Shown in pieces: positions 1 to 11,144 of a DNA stretch of 49,928 nt (within the stretch, counting starts at the first letter, position 1; each line of letters opens with the position of its first letter). The DNA comes from Octopus bimaculoides. Its lineage: Eukaryota. The notes under the pieces were generated by a model. It searched no databases. It was not told the DNA's origin and saw nothing but the letters and a program-made list of their open reading frames with translations. The stretch is taken from NCBI RefSeq assembly GCF_001194135.2, contig NC_068982.1:939644-989571 (forward strand). Direction: 5' to 3'. A program made the translations under genes and the position numbers.

Positions 1-178
1 TATTTGTATATGCTCCACAAGGGAAAACAAGGAACATAGTTTACAATGAGGTGTTATAATCACAACAGCAAGAAAGTATGTACATGATCACCTTCTTTTA
101 CGAAACTTCATTGACTTTCATATATTTATATTGATATACATATATATACGTGTGTTTGGGTGCGTGTGTGTATATACA

Positions 179-269
179 TCTCTATATATAAAGATGATGC
201 GTAGTCTAGACGGCGTTTTTAGATTTCATTATTCTCTTTAACCCGGGCAACGCCGGGTATTTCTGCTAG
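179..269 (+). mobile_element. Minimal non-autonomous Helitron (91 bp)
   Basis: A178|TC 5' end followed by TCTATATATAAAG; hairpin ACCCGG-GCAACG-CCGGGT at 241-258; CTAG 3' end at 266-269 followed by T270, i.e. inserted between A and T with no TSD. Confidence 0.7.
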
Positions 270-410
270 TGTTATATATTTTAAATCTTTAATTATTGCA
301 TACAACTTATAAAAATATTCTTCAAGATAATAAAAAATATTATTGGTACGTATGTTTGATATAATAACTGTATGGAGACAAATTATTTTGTAAATTACGA
401 ATGATCTTAC

Positions 411-574
411 CATGGCCAGCTCTCGAGCTTGATAATTACACGGGAAACTGGGGGACGAAAGGGCCAGCAGCTTGTCACAATGACGAAGCAAACATCGGAC
501 ACTATAGTTCGGGTATACAAAAGGTGGGATGGTTATGGCTGGAACTTCTAAGATCGCGTTGGTAGAGAAAGATT
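411..574 (-). CDS. Candidate internal exon of an unidentified gene (ESFSTNAILEVPAITIPPFVYPNYSVRCLLRHCDKLLALSSPSFPCNYQARELAM)
   Basis: Strong donor ATG|GTAAGA at 411/410; weak acceptor TTTGATTAG; open frame of 164 nt, phase 1 in and 0 out; more GC-rich than flanks; no recognisable homology. Confidence 0.25.
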
Positions 575-921
575 CTAATCAAATGTTGCTAGGCAACTGA
601 GGATTCCATCTAAACGAAAAAATCTACAGGGATTTTTCACACGCTTTTCCGCAACACTGGGAATACTGCTTGCTAACGGAATGCTTATCAAAATTATGCT
701 GAATCTAATAACAACTTGGGGGTAGGAGAAAATAATCAAGAGGTTCAAAGAATTCAGATTCCATCTTGAATTGAATCTATTGTTTTAAATCCACAGAAAA
801 AAACCGGCCTTGTAACTCTCAGCAAACCAGTTCTAAGGTTCCGTAGTCAAGAGTTTCTGCTTTCTATTCACCGTGGAAATAGAAATATTTAATATAATTG
901 CCATCTGCTGTTAAAATGTTT

Positions 922-1168
922 GTTAATACTATAATTTTATCTTTGTCTCGCTCCAATATAACAGCTCTTTGATATTGTTATTCATGGAATAATTTGAGAT
1001 ATTATGTAAGCTACTGGCTGATGATAGAGTAGTGCACTGATCATGACAACCCGTGCACTCCTCTATCACCAGTCAGCGACTTACATAATGCTAGACATTA
1101 TTCCATGAATAACAATATGAAAGAGTCGTTTAATTTGACTCTGACAAAGATAAAATTCAATATTTACA
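922..1168. repeat. Imperfect palindromic (foldback/MITE-like) element, about 250 bp
   Basis: CTCTTTGATATTGTTATTCATGGAATAAT (965-993) pairs with ATTATTCCATGAATAACAATATGAAAGAG (1097-1125) with one mismatch; AATTTTATCTTTGTC pairs with GACAAAGATAAAATT; pairing continues to a short loop near 1040-1052. Confidence 0.75.
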
Positions 1169-2121
1169 TAAACCGAAGACTATGGTAAACTGAGAATTCA
1201 TTATTATTTGTGTATTCGTACAGTTGAAGTAACGACTTTGATAAGTTAGTCTTTATATAACATACTTAATGAGTTTAAAGCCATTGTATGTGCCTCATAT
1301 TACAGAAGTAATTCTACGTAACCATTTATACAGATAATGCGTTTAGGAAATGCATCGACATCCCAGTTTCCTTATTTCCATAAAGTGTAATACCTTTGTA
1401 TATAATCAGAGACAAACCAATAATTATTCCCTGGAAAAGCTGATGAGCGCCGGATAATATATTTGATCAGCTTGAAGTTTCGTTTTAATTAAATCTTATA
1501 ACTGTAAAAAAAATTACAAGAGAAATACACAAGAATCGACTCTGTCCTATACTAAGTCATTTTGCTTCATAACATTTTTACTGCTAATGTATTTCAGAAT
1601 GATATTATTGTCACAACTTCTTAACTTACTTTCCTTTCTATTTTGCGATTTATAAAGAGAACAATCAAGTTATAAACATGTTTTTAGAGCAAATGCACTC
1701 TCGTAACATAATGCTTTGACGTAATTTTCAAGTCTTTTATGTGTCCAAAGAAAACTGATATGTCATACGCACGAAATAATTTACAACATTCAACGAGAAT
1801 TAATAAGTTGTCTGAGTGGTCGATAAGCATCGACATTTTAGTATGAGGACTTGAGGTGACCGAAGTTTTCAAAGTTTACACCTCTACTTAAAAAACAAAA
1901 CAAAAACATTTTAAACAACACTGTTTATACACATATAAATTGATACACACACACACACACACACAAACAAACAAACACGAATACACGTACGTAGATACTC
2001 GCCCGACATTTCTATTCCAGTCTCTCCTACTCCCTTTTACGCATACTCGTCATTAATACACACACACAGACAGGCATTCAGATAGACAGACCGACAGATA
2101 TACAGACAGACCGACAGATAT

Positions 2122-2162
<41 letters not shown>

Positions 2163-2687
2163 TAGAGATCATGAGGAAACGTGCATCCACCTACTGACAA
2201 CCGATTCATCTTCAAGCTGCATAAAAATACTTGCATATTCCGCAGTGTTGCCTAAAGAGATCAGTTGTGGTCTGTGACGGCGAAATTTACGGAAGGTAAT
2301 TCATTGATTTGCGATCAGCTGTTTGGAAAGGGGGAATTTGATGTTTCGGGACTGACCTATCATCCACAAAGAATATATTTTGTCGAGACATATCACGTGA
2401 AAATCTTTCGCATCAACAGAAGAGTCTATCCGGGAGCATCAGTTCTCTCTCCTCCATGACATATAAATTTATCGAAAGTCTTGAACTTCTCTATCGTATG
2501 GAGACGCTTGTTGATTTTATAATGTTAGAATTGTTTCTATTTGACAAATAAATACACGCACTATATATATATATTTTCCCTTTACTCGTTTATTACTTCA
2601 CTTATCCCATTTTGTTCTAAGATGTGTATCCTCATGTGCACGTGTTTGTGTCCTTGTTTGTGTGTGTGTGTGTATGTATGCATATAT

Positions 2688-2720
<33 letters not shown>

Positions 2721-2740
2721 TATATATGTATATATATATA

Positions 2741-3059
2741 NNNNNNNNNNNNNNNNNNNNNNNNNNNNNNNNNNNNNNNNNNNNNNNNNNNNNNNNNNNN
2801 NNNNNNNNNNNNNNNNNNNNNNNNNNNNNNNNNNNNNNNNNNNNNNNNNNNNNNNNNNNNNNNNNNNNNNNNNNNNNNNNNNNNNNNNNNNNNNNNNNNN
2901 NNNNNNNNNNNNNNNNNNNNNNNNNNNNNNNNNNNNNNNNNNNNNNNNNNNNNNNNNNNNNNNNNNNNNNNNNNNNNNNNNNNNNNNNNNNNNNNNNNNN
3001 NNNNNNNNNNNNNNNNNNNNNNNNNNNNNNNNNNNNNNNNNNNNNNNNNNNNNNNNNNN
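2741..3059. other. Assembly gap (N-run) after (TA)n/(CATA)n
   Basis: Run of N in the sequence. Confidence 1.
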
Positions 3060-4223
3060 GCATTTTTGTAATGAAGAAGTGCCATATGAAAGCTGAAGGA
3101 GTGGACAGACTATTTATGTTGCGTGTTTTCCTTCTTTTATTGTTCTCTTTATTTGTTGTGGCCGATCCAGTAAATTTGGGGCAGTTCTACGAATTCTTGT
3201 GACATCTTCCGTTTTATCGCAGTGTTTGTTACAGTTTGCTTAAGGAACTCTTCTTTGTCGTAAGCAATAGTTTTATGGTGGTGGTGGGGGGGGGGGTAGA
3301 TGGGTGAGGGTTAATAGCCTATATAAGCAATCGTTCAGATATTGTCCGTTAACGTGAAATACTTGCATCCATCAATCTCTTACATAAATCATTAAACTCC
3401 ATACTGATTATTTGTAGCACACAGCAGCGTTGGTGCGATTCCCTGTAATCCAAACAGGATTTTGTAATAGAACCGTCCGCCAGTTGTGCTTTAAATATAC
3501 TGTCGGTTCTTCATCCGACTGTAGGTGGAAACACTTGTTCTAGGCATTCTGTTACTGCGATACAACGATCAACAGAAAAGAAGAGGCATTCAAATCACTT
3601 ATGCTCGCGCACATACACACACTTGAACGCGCGCGCTTATGTATATGTGCTTGTGTGTACGTATAAGTGTGAGAGTGTGTCAGTTTGCGACTTTCTACAT
3701 ACAGAGATATATGTAGTGGATTGTTAAGTTCTACTTATGTTATGCATTTAACTTCTAACATAAAGTATCTTATAAATTGTTTCGCCTGTTATGTCATTAC
3801 TATATAAAACATCGTAGATCTCATTAGGACATCCTAGTTCTCGTGAAACAACCTCCATCCAGCAAGAAAGAAAGCGGAAATTATTAGAAAACTTCTTGCA
3901 TTCTAAATAGAGAAGGGCTTAATCAAGATTCCCGCAGAGAATTTACCTCCCGGCACTGAATAGAATAAGCGACGAGTCAGGAACATAGAAAGAGAGAAAG
4001 TAATAAAGAAAGAAAGGGGGAGTAATAAGGCAGAAAGAGAGGAAGATGTTGAAAGAGATCGGTGAAAGAAAGAGGGGGGGGGGAAGAATGTCATCTGTAG
4101 AATGCAGTAAAAGGCTGTTAAGTGTTGCCATTGAACGCGGCATCGAAGGCTGAAGGTAAATAGCATAAAGACTATATTTTGTAAGAACCTTCAAAACCTA
4201 AGACTTTCGTCAATATTGTTATG

Positions 4224-4426
4224 AAGGCGCCGAGTTGGTAGGTTTGTTAGAACGCTAGGCCAAATCCTTAACGGCATTTCGTACGTCTTTACACTGTGAG
4301 TTCAAATGCTTTGCGTCTTATCCTTTCGGAGCCTTAAGATAAGTACCAGCTGAGCACTGTGGTCGATGTAATCCACTTACCCTCTGCATCGAAATTGTTG
4401 GCCTTGTACCAAATTTCGAAACCAAT
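4224..4426 (+). mobile_element. tRNA-derived SINE, family A (degraded)
   Basis: Head GGCG-GAGCTGG, B-box-like GAGTTCAAA, body AAGTACCAGCTGAGCACTG-GGTCGATGTAATC, tail GGCCTTGTACCAAATT-GAAACCAAT shared with about 11 other copies in the window. Confidence 0.85.
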
Positions 4427-4726
4427 CTTACCAATTCCTTTTCGTAGCAAATGGTATATTACACACAAACGCTTTTTATTGGTTGACTTGTCAACATTGA
4501 AACATTTAAGCAATGTTTTTCTAATTCATAATTCTAAATTTTTACCATTGATAAACAAAAAGTATTGTTGAAACCAGTTTTGTATATATGTAAATAAATT
4601 CATTTTAAACCGATTACATATTTTTCAAATTTAGGTGCATTTTCAACAACAAATTTGCCTATATTTTTTCCTGCGAAGAAATACATCCCCTCTTTTGCAT
4701 TATATATATATATGTATATATATATA

Positions 4727-4979
4727 NNNNNNNNNNNNNNNNNNNNNNNNNNNNNNNNNNNNNNNNNNNNNNNNNNNNNNNNNNNNNNNNNNNNNNNNNN
4801 NNNNNNNNNNNNNNNNNNNNNNNNNNNNNNNNNNNNNNNNNNNNNNNNNNNNNNNNNNNNNNNNNNNNNNNNNNNNNNNNNNNNNNNNNNNNNNNNNNNN
4901 NNNNNNNNNNNNNNNNNNNNNNNNNNNNNNNNNNNNNNNNNNNNNNNNNNNNNNNNNNNNNNNNNNNNNNNNNNNNNNN
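4727..4979. other. Assembly gap (N-run) flanked by (TA)n
   Basis: Run of N. Confidence 1.
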
Positions 4980-5010
<31 letters not shown>

Positions 5011-6041
5011 GATGCATATATAAATACGTTAAGTATTGAATATCGAAAGAAGTGGTACTCAGTAGCATAGTAGTTTAAGCATTGCTTGAGCAGCACTTTC
5101 TTAACCAGTCCTTGTAGTATGGCTCTCTTGCGCCAACTGACCTGTTGAGTCCATAGGTCGACATGCTTTTGTTCTGTTGTTGGGGAATTGGGCTATTTTT
5201 TCGAAATGTGCCCTTCTAGATCCGCCTTAAGGGGTGGGAACATGCCCTCCTCGGGGATTGTTTAGCTTAATAGTAAATTACAAGTCCAGCCTCTTCCCTG
5301 ATTATGACTAATCGTTTAGAAGTGTCTGATGAGAGGATAAATTGATTATCACTCACTGAAGAGTACAACATCTACACAGCCTTTGGGCCTATGTATGTAC
5401 ATGCGTATGTATGAGCGTGTGTGTGTTTATAATGTAATGCAGCGGTTGCAAGTTGCTTTTCAGCCTTCCGTTGTCCATTAAGGTCCAATCAAGTTCATTA
5501 TGCTTCTACGATTCTATATTTGTCATCTTGTTTCGAAACCTACGCAAATGGCAATACGCACATAGAAATATTACTGTTCTTGTTCTTGCTGCCGATTGCA
5601 CTAAGTAATAAATTAACTTAGGTGAAAATCTCTTGGTTGTCACTTTACAGAATCTTCAATATTAAACTAAAATGTCTTATTTGGGGAAATTTGATTTAAC
5701 AAGCAAGATATATCTGTAGAGTTTTAGACCATGTTTGATTTCACATGTGAACAGTTTCAAGCTAAAGAGATGAGATTTACTGTCAACACACAAATACATT
5801 CGATCGATACTGATGTTTTGCAAAGAAGTATTTATGGCAGTTGTAATATTCCATATGGCTGGTCGTCTCTTGGAATAGTTTTTGTTGGTCTTCCATTTGC
5901 CTTTCTTGCCATTATTGACGTTGCTGTTTTATAATCTGTTTATTTAACAAACATTTCAGAACTAAAATCTGAATAACACACGCACTACCCATTCACACCC
6001 ACACACACGCAGTTACATACATATATACATATGCACACACA

Positions 6042-6079
<38 letters not shown>

Positions 6080-6419
6080 NNNNNNNNNNNNNNNNNNNNN
6101 NNNNNNNNNNNNNNNNNNNNNNNNNNNNNNNNNNNNNNNNNNNNNNNNNNNNNNNNNNNNNNNNNNNNNNNNNNNNNNNNNNNNNNNNNNNNNNNNNNNN
6201 NNNNNNNNNNNNNNNNNNNNNNNNNNNNNNNNNNNNNNNNNNNNNNNNNNNNNNNNNNNNNNNNNNNNNNNNNNNNNNNNNNNNNNNNNNNNNNNNNNNN
6301 NNNNNNNNNNNNNNNNNNNNNNNNNNNNNNNNNNNNNNNNNNNNNNNNNNNNNNNNNNNNNNNNNNNNNNNNNNNNNNNNNNNNNNNNNNNNNNNNNNNN
6401 NNNNNNNNNNNNNNNNNNN
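6080..6419. other. Assembly gap (N-run) flanked by (TA)n
   Basis: Run of N. Confidence 1.
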
Positions 6420-6467
<48 letters not shown>

Positions 6468-6639
6468 GTATAAACGCATATATGTAAATCTAGCTATATG
6501 TCTGTCTGTCTATCTATTTATCTATCTATCTATTTATCTATTTATCTATCTAACTATCTATTATTTGAAAAAAAAAAAACCCAAGAAACTTGGCGATGCA
6601 AGTGCTATCAGTTGAAAATGTCTCGTATACCGCACAGTA

Positions 6640-7200
6640 ATAGGCTTCTAGGGTCATAAGGACAGAAGGAACACCGTTTCGGGGCCATCTTCTCGACGGC
6701 ATTATGGTGCACCGCTATCTCACTCAGAGAAGGTTCCACTTGCTAGGATTTGCTCTACTTTCTTCTAACCATTGCTCATCAACACATTTTAGTCGAATCA
6801 AGTCGCTTGCCTTCTCTGCTGTAAGCCTGGCTATCACGCATGATGGTATTTGTTTTACGTTGTATTAGGCCGAGTGACAGCGACCATCGCCTCAAATCGT
6901 TTCCTCTACAACCAACTTTGAATGGATTCTGTTTTGTTTTCTTGCCTCTCTTCGCATTCCTCGAGGAAACGTTCATATTGGTTGGTCTTTCGAGTCTGAG
7001 TAGCATCCATGTTATCTTCATGCGTAACTATCAGCTCGACCACATTTACCATTTCCATTTCCTCGCAGTGGATGACAATATCTGATCTCTTCGTTACTGT
7101 TATAAGGGAGAATCTTTGGCAGTCGGGCAGATCTCTAATTACCTCTCCAAACGGTACCGGTTTTCCTTGTTCACTGGAACTTTCCTCTTCAAGCATATCT
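6640..7200 (-). mobile_element. 3' fragment of a HERO-like RLE non-LTR retrotransposon (frameshifted)
   Basis: Minus-strand frames give KRSDIVI...VELIVTHEDNMDATQTRKTNQYERFLEECEE, then PFKVGCRG and TAEKASDLIRLK. These match the RPDIV..ELTVPWE..RK..KY..L..EC..GW..P.EVGCRG..AEKAS.WIW pattern of HERO-type RLE domains. Confidence 0.75.
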
Positions 7201-7249
7201 TATGTCCTGAACGAACGAAGGTAATGAAACCACTACGCCATATGCCCAC

Positions 7250-7320
7250 GGGCATATAGCGTAGTGGTTAAGAGCGCGGGCTACTAACCCTAAGATTCCG
7301 AGTTCGATTCCCGGCCGTGA

Positions 7321-7391
<71 letters not shown>

Positions 7392-7560
7392 TCGAAAAAT
7401 ACCTTAGGAATGAGAACACAGGTTTGAAATTTCCCCAAGACACCTGAAGAAGGCTGAAAGGTATATCAGCCGAAACGTTGTGTTAACAACAAACAAGATG
7501 AGGACAAATATCTATCGAATGTAAATAATGTACATAATTCCTCATCTCTTAAATATAGAA
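7250..7560 (+). mobile_element. tRNA-headed SINE-like unit with internal (TAA)n and a hammerhead-containing 3' body
   Basis: A box TAGCGTAGTGG, anticodon-like arm GGG-CTACTAA-CCC, B box GTTCGATTCC; (TAA)n at about 7325-7389; 3' body repeated in part at 11145-11244. Confidence 0.85.
7439..7484 (+). ncRNA. Minimal type-I hammerhead ribozyme fold
   Basis: Stem I GACAC(7439-43)/GTGTT(7480-84); core CTGAAGA (7444-50) plus one extra A; stem II GGCTGA/TCAGCC (7452-57/7466-71); GAAA (7472-75); loopless palindromic stem III ACGT; GUU cleavage triplet with predicted cut after 7479. Confidence 0.65.
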
Positions 7561-7836
7561 AGGAGTTAAAGGGGTTGAATAGGAGATTTACAAGTCCAAC
7601 AGCTGTTGTCGGGGGTTTGGTGGTACAAAATAATGATTGTAACTTGATTCCATCATCGGATAACCCCAGCCTTGACCGCTTCCTTCTGTCAACGCCACAA
7701 AAGTAAAATTCTTCCTTGGAGACTGAGGCTGGTATTATCCGATGAAAGAATCAAGTAACAATCATTATTTTGGGCCACCAAGCCCCCAGAAACAGCTGTT
7801 GGACTCGTAAAACTCCTACTCAACCCCTTAATTCCT
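7561..7836. repeat. Palindromic MITE-like element with arms of about 110 bp
   Basis: 7561-7672 is the reverse complement of 7726-7836 (roughly 85% identity by eye), e.g. GTCCAACAGCTGTT/AACAGCTGTTGGAC and CAAAATAATGATTGT/ACAATCATTATTTTG; spacer about 53 bp. Confidence 0.85.
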
Positions 7837-8001
7837 GATATCATTTCTATTCTCTGTAAGTCGGATTTTTTCAGATGTATACATTTGTACATTTTTTTGT
7901 ATTAAATGTATTTAATATTTTTCGTATATCGAATTGCCCAACTTATTGTCCTTACATTTACTCCTCTGCCAACTGAAGTGTTTTGTCTGTCTCTTTGTAT
8001 A

Positions 8002-8073
8002 TAAGTAACCAGAAGATGGATTTGATAGTAGTCTTTATAAAGACTAATGCCAAATCCATTTACTGGTTACTTA
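8002..8073. repeat. Near-perfect 72-bp palindrome
   Basis: TAAGTAACCAG/CTGGTTACTTA, ATGGATTTG/CAAATCCAT and a perfect central TAGTCTTTATAAAGACTA. Confidence 0.85.
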
Positions 8074-9982
8074 ATCATTTACTGTTATGTCAACTAACAC
8101 TGCGGAATTCCTCAAGTAGATCCAATGGGGTTTGAATTGAGTTATTAAAAATTCTGAATTGATATCACTTCATCTTTGAGGTATATCGTGCTTAGATTGG
8201 CATAAAGAACAATTTAGATGAAAATGTTCTCAAATCCTAAGAAATTTTTTCCAAGAGATATTACTTTTCCAATCATCCTAGAAAAAACTGAAAAGAATAA
8301 GAACGGGATGTGATGGGAAACTTTCATGGACGAAGTGAAGCTGGTGATCGAATGCTTGAGGTTTTCTGATATATTCTAATGAAAATGATTAAACAAATTA
8401 GATAAGACATATCTTTATCGAAGCTCCTCTCAATACGATGGACGATATTCACAAATAAACTACGTAAATCTAGGTATAAATCGTTCGATAAATTGAAATA
8501 TTTCTCAGCTGATTCATTGATTCATTTTTAGGTGACGTAAGAAAACGTTTTCAGACGAATGCTACATTTAAAGAAAAGAATAAAAGCAATGAGCAGCTGA
8601 GTTTCATATCGCAATTATCGATATTTCTAATGAGAAGGAAACTAACGTTGCTTATTTTCACTTTAAATTATGCCTATTAACAAATAATTACGAAGCCATA
8701 TATCTATGGTTGGCTAACATTTAACTACATTGCGCCTGTTTAAAAGTGAATGAAACTAACATTTCTTTTCAGGAAATAAAGATTTTGTTTGATCGGATAT
8801 AGAGATAATCACATCATGGAAAGTATCTATAATGAGGAGTTTTCGCCCTTAGTATATATTGCAGGGACCTACTTTATCGGCTTCAGATAATGAATGTGAA
8901 TTTGAACTAAATTGTACATTTGACAAATGGAAGGAGTTCAAACCATTACTTTTGGATTCAAAGTACCGCTCTATTAAGGAAAATTGCTTTCAATTTTAAA
9001 GCGCGATATTTTCAACATTTATGCCAAATCACAGATACTGATTTTGATTATATCAGACCTCAATAGATAAATGTTGCCTATTAAAATCACGCAAGATGAA
9101 AGTATCAGTGGGAAACACTTCAAATGATACTCTGCTGTTCCTCAGCTTCTAGTGGTGTGTATTCTATAACATATTAATGCGTCATCAGCGGCTGAATTTC
9201 GATGCCGTATACAGCTGCGTGTTTGCCTAAGGATTCTCCTTCTATCTGAAAAACTGTGATGCAGATTCTGAACATTATCGATCAGAACTTGGGTTCATAC
9301 TTATTGCTTTAGAATCTTTTCAACAGAATAAACAACATGGGCACAATTATTCAGGCACCAGCGTTTATACAAACAGGTATTCACTATACATATTTTAACA
9401 ACTGACTATCCATGCACGCATGCGTCCATACAAACATAAATATATATACGTACATATATTTATATATATATGTGTAAACATACATACATACACATATACG
9501 TATATACATAAAAATACATACATACACACGTACGTACGTAACATGACAAACGCAGAGGTGAGTCTAATATCCGGATTTAGGTAATTACGACATATACGAA
9601 GGCAGAGTGGGAAAGTTGAGCTGCAGAATTCAGGCAAGATTGCATAAAATATTTCTACATAAGTAAGGACACAATAGCAGGCATGCATACGCGCGCGCAC
9701 ATACACATATATATTCCTAGCGGGTACCGTGTTCCCTCTTATTATTTCCTGATATTTGTTAATCTCTCTCTCTCTCTCTTTCTATACACACACACACACA
9801 CACACACACAACCACAACTCTTCTACCGACAGATAACCATTTGTTCTACTGTCGTAACTCAATATACTTGTTTCGATATTATTGTGGAATTGAAAGAAGC
9901 CGAATTGTAAAACTCCAGGTCGTATAGTTTGAAACTTAACTATAGCTAAACAATATAGTCTATTTAATGTTAAATATAAATT

Positions 9983-10205
9983 GCGCCGGCGAGCTGGTAG
10001 AATCGTCACCAGGCCGGACAAAATGCTTCGCTGCCTTTCGTCCGTCTTTACGCACTAGGTTCAATCTTCCACTGAGATCAACTCTGCCTTTCTCCCTTTC
10101 GGAGTCGATAAAATAATGGCCAGCTGAGCCCTAGGGTTGATGTAACCGATTAGCCCCGCCCCCTCTCTCGAAATTGCTGGTCTCGTGCCAAAATTTGAAA
10201 CCAAT
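9983..10205 (+). mobile_element. tRNA-derived SINE, family A
   Basis: Full head-to-tail similarity to the other family A copies. Confidence 0.85.
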
Positions 10206-10339
10206 ATAGACTGAAAGTAACTGGATAGAGAAATCAGCTTGGCTAATCATATCTGCCTTTGTCCTAATAGTGAATGTACCCGCAATATGCATTGGAATTA
10301 TGTACTTAATAAACAAGTTTATGAATTAAGTGTAAAATC

Positions 10340-10700
10340 TGAATGGAAGCGGTTTGGACATCAAAATTAACCTCTTGATACTTGTCAACAATAACATTAC
10401 CAGCTTACCTCCAGGAGGTAGAGGTGCCATAATAGGAGCAGAGGTAAACATCAGAAGCCGAGCTGGGATCACAACTTGCAAAATAAAATTTTGTTTTCTT
10501 ACGTTACTTCGAAGAACTTTCTCGCAGATAAATTCACACAACATCAGAAACGGTCAAAGCTAAACAAAGAAAGCAGTTTGAAGACTCTAAAACTAAAACC
10601 TTAGATTGCAATCTTTATCAGCTGAAAGAAGAACTTACAACAACAGCTGAGAAATTAAAATACAAATCTGTGCAGAGTATAAACGGAAAATATCGAACTT
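10340..10700 (+). mobile_element. Degraded internal fragment of an R4/Dong-like LINE ORF (upstream of RT)
   Basis: Broken frames WKR.LDIKINLL and LYQLKEELTTTAEKLKY resemble the PPWKRRL..KI..LR and LKQ.L.A...RL.RY motifs N-terminal to the RT in this group. Confidence 0.5.
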
Positions 10701-11144
10701 ATTGCGCGAGGCCTCAGTAGTATCCAGTAATGCCAATCACATTCTCTTTCAGGGTGACCCGAAACGATGGATCAAAACTTAACCACATCAAAAAGCAACG
10801 GTATCTCATTGCCCAATTCTCTAAAGGTATCAGAAGAAAATTTATTTGAGTACAAATCTGCATTTTGGGGGCTAAACCTAGAAATCTTGTGCCCTTCTTC
10901 AAGTCACTGAACATGATTTACCTTAATATTCAGTAGTTACAGTCTTGTGAAAGTTACATAGTTATAAAGTGTTGCCACTGTTGTGACTCTAGCTGTTGGA
11001 TCTACTCTTGTATCTTCGATATTTTCTTGGTATCCAGATACAGTGTATCTCTTCTGATACTGGAATGGCAACACAGCGCTTCGTCTATCGCTGATAGCTC
11101 TGCAAGACACCGAATTTGAACCGTCTACCTTGACTGCGACTCGA

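Noticed and set aside
1437-1475. CTGATGA at about 1440 as a hammerhead core
   Set aside because: No stem II closed by GAAA follows; there is only a small AAGCTGAT/ATCAGCTT inverted repeat.
2541-3202. Long ORFs of 100-270 aa in the ORF track here and at 4.6-5.1, 6.0-6.6, 13.3-14.1, 15.0-15.6, 32.2-32.6 and 46.0-46.8 kb
   Set aside because: They are open only because they cross N-runs and TA/CA microsatellites (YIYI, HTHT, CVCV).
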